Source: an uncultured Campylobacter sp. (lineage in GTDB: Bacteria; Campylobacterota; Campylobacteria; Campylobacterales; Campylobacteraceae). From it: DNA of 64,000 nt. A program made the translations under genes and the position numbers. The stretch lies in the NCBI GenBank assembly GCA_963530215.1, contig CAUSCE010000008.1, positions 4,700 through 68,699 of the forward strand, written 5' to 3'. The notes under the pieces are model-generated. The model worked only from the letters and a program-made list of their open reading frames with translations. It ran no database searches and was not told the DNA's origin. Of the stretch, positions 1 through 6,595 are shown piece after piece; position 1 is the stretch's first letter, and every line of letters starts with the position of its first letter.

Positions 1-112
1 TTGGCTCGATAAAAATAAATAAATTTTGTCCGTCAGATTTTTTATAAACCTTATCTTTGGGTTTTAAGGCTCTTAGAGCTGTGTCCGTCAAGGGAGGGTT
101 AATTTTTGGCAT
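1..112 (-). CDS. int: Phage-type tyrosine integrase, N-terminal fragment; the gene continues past the left edge
   Basis: Too short in-window to appear in the ORF track. Minus-strand ATG at 112..110 is preceded by AAGGA. The translation MPKINPPLTDTALRALKPKDKVYKKSDGQNLFIFIEP matches the LTDTxxRxxKPxxKxYKxxDGxGLxLxVxP arm-binding N-terminus of P4/CP4-57-type integrases. It lies next to the 3' end of ssrA, a classic target site for that family. Confidence 0.75.
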   Translation of the reverse strand, partial: MPKINPPLTDTALRALKPKDKVYKKSDGQNLFIFIEP

Positions 113-346
113 TTTTGTCCTTTTAGTGTCCGCAAGCCCCTAAAAATCAAGCAATGATTTTTTACGGATATTTTTTAGCGAACAATATTTTATCCTTTAA
201 ATTATCCGTAAAAAGTCCTTAAAGGCAATTAAAAAGATTTAAAAATATTGAAAACAATTTAAATAAATAATATATATCAAAAGTTGTTCTTATCGTATTT
301 CTTGAAAGGTTTTTAAAAAGATTGAAATGAATTAAAAAATATAAGA
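1..346. mobile_element. Edge of a putative ssrA-integrated genomic island or prophage (integrase end); most of the element lies left of the window
   Basis: The integrase start (112) is 234 bp from the tmRNA 3' CCA (347). The spacer is AT-rich and carries a perfect 12-bp inverted repeat, TTTTTACGGATA (159..170) / TATCCGTAAAAA (203..214). Confidence 0.55.
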
Positions 347-705
347 TGGTGGAAGCGAGGGGGATCGAACCCCTGTCCAAAAACAAAATGCATACAGCCT
401 CTACACGCTTAGCAAAAGTGAAAATTTCATCTAAAAAGGCTCACTTTCCAAAACCAAAATTTAGACTAAGACTAAAATTTCAGCTAGCAAGCAGTCACTT
501 TGCGAGCCTACTCTAGCTAAATTACTTGCTTTTGTCCTAGCTAGAATTAGACTAAGCAAGGCTCAACTGAACTTACGCAGCTTTAGCGTAAGCAGGAGCG
601 AAATTAACGTTGTTTGCGTTTAAATTTAATTTGAGCTTTTTACGCTTTGCTCAAAGCGACGTGCCACCATACACACTCTGCTCCTGTCGAAGCCAAGTCG
701 CTCCC
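347..705 (-). ncRNA. ssrA: tmRNA (SsrA)
   Basis: On the minus strand the 5' end reads GGGAGCGACTTGGCTTCGACAGGAG and the 3' end reads GGGGTTCGATCCCCCTCGCTTCCACCA (tRNA-Ala-like acceptor and T arm with CCA). The internal tag reading frame at 617..573, GCA AAC AAC GTT AAT TTC GCT CCT GCT TAC GCT AAA GCT GCG TAA, encodes ANNVNFAPAYAKAA*. Confidence 0.95.
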
Positions 706-732
706 AAAAAAATAAAATGGTTAGTGAATTAT

Positions 733-1137
733 TTAGTTAAGTTTTGCAGGCACATCAATGATTTTTGGCTCAAGAACGCTAAAATATTCAAAATCGTTTT
801 CGACGTCATCTTTATATTTATTGAACTGATCACTAACAAGCAGCAACCAATCTATAAATTTATCATTTGCTGGCCCTTTTAGACTTCTTGCTTCTTGAGC
901 TATCTCTTCAGCTAAAGTTGTAAGCTTTAATATCGGATCAAGATGCATGAATCCTGCTGCTGATTTAATATTATGAAAAATCCTAGTAAGCTCTAGGATG
1001 CTATCTTTATATTTATCAGCTCTTCCTAAATTTATTATCAAAGGCTCGAGTAAATCGCACATTAAAGCATAGTGAGATAAAAATTCTTCAACTATATCAT
1101 AAGAGTAATCTATTTCAAGCCTTTTTAATATACCCAT
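733..1137 (-). CDS. Hpt (histidine phosphotransfer) domain protein
   Basis: The ORF track gives 733..1173. The internal ATG at 1137 (MGILKRLEID) has an AAGGA-like RBS and is the preferred start. The motif IFHNIKSAAGFMHL resembles the HxxKG phosphohistidine helix of Hpt/CheA-P1 domains. Confidence 0.6.
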   Translation of the reverse strand: MGILKRLEIDYSYDIVEEFLSHYALMCDLLEPLIINLGRADKYKDSILELTRIFHNIKSAAGFMHLDPILKLTTLAEEIAQEARSLKGPANDKFIDWLLLVSDQFNKYKDDVENDFEYFSVLEPKIIDVPAKLN

Positions 1138-1222
1138 TTTTATGTCCTTAAGAAATTGGCGTAATTGTAGCAAAAATTTGATAAAATTGTTAGCCTTTTA
1201 GCTAAAATCCTTGGAGCTTGCA

Positions 1223-2032
1223 ATGAAAAATGAAAAAACTCAGAAGAAAAAACTAAGCATAAATGATATAAAAAATAAAAAAGACATTGAGCCTATTGTA
1301 ATGATAACTGCTTATGATGCGTTGTTTGCCAAGCTTTTTGATGATTATGCTGATATTATTTTGGTTGGCGATAGCTTAAATATGAGTTTTAATATGCAAG
1401 AAAGCACGATAAGTGCGGATATGATTACCATGCTTTATCATACAAAGGCTGTTTGTAACGGAGCTAAAAATACTTTTATCATGGCTGATATGCCATTTGG
1501 TAGTTATACAAATGAAAAGCAAGCGATAAAAAATGCGATGAAATTTTTCAAACAGACAAATGCCGATGCGGTAAAGCTCGAAGTTGGCATGCACCAAGTA
1601 AATTTAGTGAAGCGCCTTTGTGAAGAGGGCATAAATGTTATGGCTCACATTGGTTTAAAGCCTCAGTTTTATAAATTTGAAGGCGGTTATAAGATAAAGG
1701 GCAGAAGCGAGATCGAGGCAAAAAAACTAATTGACGAGGCTTTGGCGTTCGAGCAAGCTGGAACATTTGGTATCTTGCTTGAAGGTACGATGAGTAGTGT
1801 GGCTAGCGAGATAACAAAGCGAGTTCATATACCAGTTATTGGCATTGGGTCTGGGGTAAATGTCGATGGACAAGTGCTTGTATGGTCTGATATGCTTGGA
1901 TTTTTCGAGGACTTTAAGCCAAAATTTGTAAAACGCTATCTTGATGGAGCGGATATTGTAAGAAAGAGTGTGCAATCCTACGCAAATGATGTAAAAGACA
2001 AAATTTTCCCAAGTAAAGAATTTTGCTATTAG
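1223..2032 (+). CDS. panB: 3-methyl-2-oxobutanoate hydroxymethyltransferase
   Basis: The ORF covers 1211..2032. The ATG at 1223 is preceded by GGAG (1213..1216). Typical PanB sequence is present: VMITAYD, ILVGDSL, ADMPFGSY, KLEGG-like. Confidence 0.9.
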   Translation: MKNEKTQKKKLSINDIKNKKDIEPIVMITAYDALFAKLFDDYADIILVGDSLNMSFNMQESTISADMITMLYHTKAVCNGAKNTFIMADMPFGSYTNEKQAIKNAMKFFKQTNADAVKLEVGMHQVNLVKRLCEEGINVMAHIGLKPQFYKFEGGYKIKGRSEIEAKKLIDEALAFEQAGTFGILLEGTMSSVASEITKRVHIPVIGIGSGVNVDGQVLVWSDMLGFFEDFKPKFVKRYLDGADIVRKSVQSYANDVKDKIFPSKEFCY

Positions 2033-2068
2033 GATGATTAATATCCGCATTAAAAGAACGTGGCAAAA

Positions 2069-3088
2069 TTAAATTTCTTTATAGCCTTTTATATCAAGAC
2101 CAAAGCCTGCTAAGCTTACAAATTCTTTATTTTTATTTGAGCTTAAAAGCTCAATTTCGCTTATACCAAAATACTTTAAAATTTGTGCCCCAATGCCATA
2201 ATCTTTTTGTGAGCTTGCATCGCTTTTATTACTGTCTAAAAATAGTAACACTCCACCATTTTTACTTAAAAAATCCAACGACTTTAATAAATTATCAAAT
2301 TTATCTCCGCTTAAAAGCTCATGATCTTTACTTATTTTTTGAAATTTTACATTAGTTTGCGCTTTTATCTCTCCAAAAATATAGGCAGCGTGATTTTTAT
2401 TTTCGTGATCTTTTATGTCATATCTTTTTGCTTCAAAACCACAGATTTTTACACTCTTTGCGGGCGAAACCTCTATTAAGCTTTCGTGGCTAAGTCTGTA
2501 TTCTACTAATTCAGAAACGCTTATCATATTTAGGTTAAATTTTTTACAGAATTCCTCCAAATAATCACGTCTTGCCATTGTGCCATCTTCTTTTACGATC
2601 TCACAAATCGCTGCCATTGGACTAACGCCAGCAAGTTTGCAAAGATCAACTGATCCTTCAGTGTGACCTGTACGAACGAGAACGCCACCTTTTTTTGCAA
2701 TAAGCGGAAATATATGTCCAGGCCTTACAAAATTTTCAGGCACTGAATCAGTACTAGCAGCAAGTCTAATCGTCATATCACGCTCATAAGCACTTACGCC
2801 TGTCGTTGCTTCCTTTGCGTCAATTGTGACAGTAAATGCAGTTTCGTGGCTGGATGTATTTTTAAAAACCATTAGTGGCAAATCAAGTCTTTTTGCGTTT
2901 GCTTCATCCATCGCAAGGCAAAGCACACCTTTTGCATGAGTGATCGCAAAATTTACCTTTTGCATATCGCTGCTTGCCGCTGAAAAGACTAAGTCTCCTT
3001 CATTCTCACGGTCTTCGTCATCGACCATAATTACCATTTTGCCATTTTTTATATCTTCAATCGCTTTTAATACATTTTCAAATGCCAT
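2069..3088 (-). CDS. ribB: 3,4-dihydroxy-2-butanone-4-phosphate synthase fused to a degenerate GTP-cyclohydrolase-II-like C-terminal domain
   Basis: The N-terminal half carries RibB motifs (DDEDRENEGDL, RTGHTEGSVDL). The C-terminal ~130 aa align to GCHII topology, but I cannot find the zinc-binding Cys cluster, so that domain is probably non-catalytic. Confidence 0.85.
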   Translation of the reverse strand: MAFENVLKAIEDIKNGKMVIMVDDEDRENEGDLVFSAASSDMQKVNFAITHAKGVLCLAMDEANAKRLDLPLMVFKNTSSHETAFTVTIDAKEATTGVSAYERDMTIRLAASTDSVPENFVRPGHIFPLIAKKGGVLVRTGHTEGSVDLCKLAGVSPMAAICEIVKEDGTMARRDYLEEFCKKFNLNMISVSELVEYRLSHESLIEVSPAKSVKICGFEAKRYDIKDHENKNHAAYIFGEIKAQTNVKFQKISKDHELLSGDKFDNLLKSLDFLSKNGGVLLFLDSNKSDASSQKDYGIGAQILKYFGISEIELLSSNKNKEFVSLAGFGLDIKGYKEI

Positions 3089-3338
3089 AAATTTCCCTTA
3101 TTAAATTTTTACGATTATATTGATTTTTTGATAACTTAGAGATAAAAATATTAATTTTGATTTGTCTTGTATCAATTATTTAGAAATTTTAGAAAAAGAT
3201 TTATTTTTAAATATATGCGATTTAGTGGTGATAACTTAGATTTTATTTTTTAATTTATTTTATATATAAATTTTTAATAAAAGAAACTTGCTTTAAGAAT
3301 TATAGTAACGATGGAAATGAAAGCCAAAGAATAAAAGA

Positions 3339-3415
3339 TGGCGCAGCGGACGGGGCTCGAACCCGCGACCTCCGCCGTGACAGGGCGGCATTCTAACCAA
3401 CTGAACTACCGCTGC
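3339..3415 (-). tRNA. tRNA-Asp (GUC)
   Basis: The reverse complement GCAGCGGTAGTTCAGTTGGTTAGAATGCCGCCCTGTCACGGCGGAGGTCGCGGGTTCGAGCCCCGTCCGCTGCGCCA folds as a canonical cloverleaf with anticodon loop CTGTCAC. Confidence 0.95.
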
Positions 3416-3423
3416 ACCTAAAA

Positions 3424-3499
3424 TGGTGGTCGCTATAAGACTCGAACTTATGACATCCACCTTGTAAGGGTGGCGCTCTACCAACTGAGCTAAGCGACC
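3424..3499 (-). tRNA. tRNA-Val (UAC)
   Basis: The reverse complement GGTCGCTTAGCTCAGTTGGTAGAGCGCCACCCTTACAAGGTGGATGTCATAAGTTCGAGTCTTATAGCGACCACCA has anticodon loop CTTACAA. Confidence 0.95.
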
Positions 3500-3516
3500 T
3501 AAAATTTAAAAATATC

Positions 3517-3592
3517 TGGCGACCCTTAGAGGATTTGAACCTCTGTTTCTACACAGAGAAAGTAGAGTCCTGAGCCACTAGACGAAAGGGTC
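3517..3592 (-). tRNA. tRNA-Glu-type gene with an atypical anticodon arm (apparent CUC or UUC)
   Basis: The reverse complement is GACCCTTTCGTCTAGTGGCTCAGGACTCTACTTTCTCTGTGTAGAAACAGAGGTTCAAATCCTCTAAGGGTCGCCA. The acceptor, D arm (GTCTAGTGGCTCAGGAC), 4-nt variable loop and T arm are Glu-like and canonical. The anticodon arm folds either as 4 bp plus a U.U mismatch with loop UUCUCUG, or as 5 bp with a 9-nt loop UUUCUCUGU. Confidence 0.8.
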
Positions 3593-3605
3593 ATAAACCC
3601 AAAAA

Positions 3606-3681
3606 TGGTGTCCTGCGTTGGATTCGAACCAACGGCCCCCTCATTAAAAGTGAGATGCTCTACCGACTGAGCTAGCAAGAC
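3606..3681 (-). tRNA. tRNA-Lys (UUU)
   Basis: The reverse complement GTCTTGCTAGCTCAGTCGGTAGAGCATCTCACTTTTAATGAGGGGGCCGTTGGTTCGAATCCAACGCAGGACACCA has anticodon loop CTTTTAA. Confidence 0.95.
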
Positions 3682-3703
3682 ATTTGTTTAAAAAAGAATT
3701 GAG

Positions 3704-3733
3704 ATTATACAAAAAAACATTATTGCATGTCAA
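3704..3733 (-). promoter_or_regulatory. Sigma70-type promoter for the tRNA Lys-Glu-Val-Asp cluster
   Basis: On the minus strand, TTGACA (3733..3728), an 18-nt spacer and TATAAT (3709..3704) end about 22 nt upstream of the tRNA-Lys 5' end. Confidence 0.5.
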
Positions 3734-4215
3734 GAAAAGAATGCTTAAAATTTGTTTTTAACTAACATGGTTGCATGGTTAGGTTGGTTTGGCATCAATA
3801 AGTTTTTAAAATAAAATATATTATAAAGCCTACTTGCAAGATATGCAGACTCCAAATGGATGAATATTGGATTTATTTAATAAAATTTATTTATATTTAA
3901 GTACCTTGTCTTTTAGCCTCATGTGAGCAGCTATTGCTATACGATAGATGATGCGTGATTCGTGGTAAAAATTGTGAATAATATGGATCAATGATATTGA
4001 TTGTACATATGGCTAAATAATTTATTTTGAACTAATAAATTGATGCTATAGAGTTATTTAAAGACAGCATATATTTGAGATATCCACCTGAATAAATTCT
4101 AATTACCTCGTATACGTTAAATCAAACTTATAAATAGTACTTGAAAAATATTTTAAACCGTGTTCAATAAATAAAAATCTATAAGAGCATAAATCTAGGA
4201 TATTTAAGATTAGGA

Positions 4216-4240
4216 TTAAACCCCGTTAATAGGGGCTTAA
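4216..4240 (-). terminator. Putative rho-independent terminator after rpsR
   Basis: Hairpin CCCC-GTTAATA-GGGG with flanking pairing. It is followed on the minus strand by TTTAAT and lies 13 nt beyond the rpsR stop. Confidence 0.45.
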
Positions 4241-4252
4241 TAAGTTAAATAA

Positions 4253-4513
4253 TTATAGTCCATCAAAAGGATTTGAAACTACATCTTTGCGATCTACTAT
4301 GTAAGGTATAATAGCTGCATGACGAGCTCTTTTGATCGCTTTTTCTACCATCTCTTGATGTCTTTTTGATGTGCCAGTTAAACGTCTTGGCATGATTTTA
4401 AATCTCTCTGATAAACAATACTTTAAAAGAGAAGTATCTTTATAGTCTATAAAATCAATTTTTGCTTCTGTAAATTTGCAATATTTACGTGAATATTTTC
4501 TTTTTTCTGCCAT
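4253..4513 (-). CDS. rpsR: 30S ribosomal protein S18
   Basis: 86 aa. [15 protein letters not shown]...[11 protein letters not shown] is the typical S18 sequence. Part of the rpsF-ssb-rpsR operon order. Confidence 0.95.
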   Translation of the reverse strand: MAEKRKYSRKYCKFTEAKIDFIDYKDTSLLKYCLSERFKIMPRRLTGTSKRHQEMVEKAIKRARHAAIIPYIVDRKDVVSNPFDGL

Positions 4514-4528
4514 TTTCTATCCTTTAAA

Positions 4529-5086
4529 TTAAAACGGTATTTCGTTGTCGCCATCAAAATTATCGGCGTCAATGTTTATATCAGGGATTTTTTCCTCATA
4601 GTACTCTTCTTGTACTTTTTTATTTTGTGGTTGCATTTGCTGTCTTTGTGGTGCTGAATTTTGATATCCACCATTGCCATAGCTATTAGTTGAACCATTA
4701 TTTCGTTGTTGTGAGTACGAACTATTTTGATTAAATCCACCTTGACTTTGCCCATTAGCTCCGCTATTTCCGCCAAGCATCTCCATATTTTCAACTACGA
4801 TTGAGTGCTTTGAACGGTTTTGTCCACTGTTGTCGGTCCATTGATCAAATTTTAATCTTCCTTCAATCAGAAGCTTAGAGCCTTTGCTTAAATATTGATT
4901 TGCTATCTCAGCTGATTTGCCAAAGAATGATATGTCAATAAAGCATGTCTCCTCACGTTTTTCGCCGTTAGTATTAAATTTTCTAGTAACAGCAATACCG
5001 GAATTTCCTATAGCAGATCCACTAGTAGTGTATCTTAGCTCAATATCTCTTGTTAAATTCCCAACTAGTACTACTTTATTGAACAT
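4529..5086 (-). CDS. ssb: Single-stranded DNA-binding protein
   Basis: OB-fold N-terminus MFNKVVLVGNLTRDIELRYT, a Gly/Gln/Asn-rich linker and an acidic C-terminal tip DGDNEIPF. Confidence 0.95.
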   Translation of the reverse strand: MFNKVVLVGNLTRDIELRYTTSGSAIGNSGIAVTRKFNTNGEKREETCFIDISFFGKSAEIANQYLSKGSKLLIEGRLKFDQWTDNSGQNRSKHSIVVENMEMLGGNSGANGQSQGGFNQNSSYSQQRNNGSTNSYGNGGYQNSAPQRQQMQPQNKKVQEEYYEEKIPDINIDADNFDGDNEIPF

Positions 5087-5099
5087 TTTTGATCCTTGA

Positions 5100-5519
5100 T
5101 TATTCTTCTGTAAAAGTTTGCTCGTCTACTTTTTCAACTCTTGGCTCACGCGGTGCTCTTGGCTCACGAGGCTCTTTTTTTATAGTTTGTTTGATACCTT
5201 TGCAAAGTCTTTCCCAAGCTGCGATTTCGCGTTTATTTTCATATTTAACGCTTAAAAATCTTATGATATCTTCAGTGATCCTTACATTTCTTGTAAGCTC
5301 TGCAAGAAGTGCTGGTGGAGCTTTGTAATAGATAACAAAATATATTCCACGCTCATATTTTTTGATGGTATAAGCTAGTTTTCTAGTGCCCATCTCAACG
5401 ACAGTAGCGATTTCGCCACCATTTTTTGTTATGACTTCTTTTACAAAGTCAACCTTAGCTTTAACTTCCTCTTCCGTTAGTGTCGGCTTAAGAATAAATA
5501 AAAGCTCGTAATGTTTCAT
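5100..5519 (-). CDS. rpsF: 30S ribosomal protein S6 with a basic/Pro-rich C-terminal extension
   Basis: [18 protein letters not shown] is the typical S6 N-terminus. The C-terminal tail is [17 protein letters not shown]. Confidence 0.95.
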   Translation of the reverse strand: MKHYELLFILKPTLTEEEVKAKVDFVKEVITKNGGEIATVVEMGTRKLAYTIKKYERGIYFVIYYKAPPALLAELTRNVRITEDIIRFLSVKYENKREIAAWERLCKGIKQTIKKEPREPRAPREPRVEKVDEQTFTEE

Positions 5520-5596
5520 TTCTTCTCCTTATGGATATTTAGCTCACTTTGTGAGCAAGGATTTTGCTTTAAGCAAGGGTGGATTTTAGCTTAAAG

Positions 5597-6595
5597 TTAC
5601 TTAATATTTGCTGTTGATATGAGATGTTGCAAATTTAAAATAGTTGATAATACAAAAATTTCTTTATCCATTTTTGTGTTTGTTTTTAGCTCTAGCTCGG
5701 CTAAATTTAGCGTTTTAAATATCTCTAAATAGGCGTTTAAATTTAGTTTTAAACTATTTGCTTTTAATAAATTTGCGACATTTACAGGCGGTTGATAACC
5801 AATTGCTTCATCTAAATTTAATCGGCCATTTATCTTTATATAAGAGTAAATTTTAAATAGTCTAAAAAATGCTTTGTAAAGCGAATTTAGAAGTAAAATT
5901 TCATTAAAATTTGGATCTTCTAGATAGGTAAAAAAGTCATTTTTTATATCTTTTAGAGCCATAAATTTATTGAAAAAGTCATCAAAATTTATCCCACCAA
6001 GTCCAAAAACCAGCCTTTTTACATCATCTTGTTCAATGTGTGTGTTTAAGCTCTTTAGCTTTGTTAGCTCACTTGCGGCAAGGTATAAATTTTCATTATG
6101 TGTAAAGTAAAGCTCATAAAGCGCGTTTTTGGTTATGTTTAGTCCTATTTTGGCTGAGCTTTTAGCTAGTAAATTTATCGCTTCATCTGGAGTTGAGGGC
6201 TTGAAAAATCTAGCAAAATTTGTCCCAAAAGCCTTTTGCGTATCAAAAACTAGTTTCATGTCGGCCTCATAAAGCTCAAATAAAAAGTAGTTATCTTTGC
6301 TCTTTGAGCAAATCGAGATGAGCTCTTTTAGCTCTTTTGCTGGGATCTTTTTGTCGCTTTTTATATAAAGGATATTTTTGCCGCCAAAAAGTGACTGCTC
6401 GCTTAGGTGAGAGCTTGCTTGCGCGTAGTTGTACTCGTCAAAATAAAGGCTTAATAAATTTGCGTCTTCGCTTGAGTAAAAGCTCAAAATTTCCTTACCA
6501 AAAAGCTCGATCTGAAACTCGTCCGCTCCAAAAAGCAAAAAGTAGTTGCTTAAATTTGCATTTGCTAAATTCAGCTCCAAATCTTTTCTATACAT
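5597..6595 (-). CDS. holA: DNA polymerase III subunit delta
   Basis: 332 aa. The N-terminus (YFLLFGADEFQIE...) and the length fit HolA. The gene overlaps the rnr stop by 8 nt. Confidence 0.7.
   Translation of the reverse strand: MYRKDLELNLANANLSNYFLLFGADEFQIELFGKEILSFYSSEDANLLSLYFDEYNYAQASSHLSEQSLFGGKNILYIKSDKKIPAKELKELISICSKSKDNYFLFELYEADMKLVFDTQKAFGTNFARFFKPSTPDEAINLLAKSSAKIGLNITKNALYELYFTHNENLYLAASELTKLKSLNTHIEQDDVKRLVFGLGGINFDDFFNKFMALKDIKNDFFTYLEDPNFNEILLLNSLYKAFFRLFKIYSYIKINGRLNLDEAIGYQPPVNVANLLKANSLKLNLNAYLEIFKTLNLAELELKTNTKMDKEIFVLSTILNLQHLISTANIK

Noticed and set aside
29-135. Three GTCCG(T/C)(C/A)A-like motifs (about 29, 83 and 129), considered as integrase arm sites
   Set aside because: Two of the three lie inside the integrase coding sequence, where they simply encode conserved residues (DG, TD). 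This is insufficient evidence for a binding-site array.
610-882. 90-aa plus-strand ORF spanning the tmRNA 5' end and the Hpt gene
   Set aside because: It overlaps a confidently identified tmRNA and the antisense strand of a better ORF. The sequence is low-complexity and hydrophobic and there is no RBS, so it is an ORF-finder artefact.
3089-3338. Expected FMN (RFN) riboswitch upstream of ribB
   Set aside because: The region is almost pure A/T, and none of the conserved GC-rich RFN core segments are visible. Reported instead as absent, pending a covariance-model scan.
3293-3484. 63-aa minus-strand ORF
   Set aside because: It lies entirely across the tRNA-Asp and tRNA-Val genes. The translation merely reads through the tRNA sequence.
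4576-4794. 72-aa alternative-frame ORF within ssb
   Set aside because: It lies in the repetitive Gly/Gln/Asn linker region of ssb and is a frame artefact.
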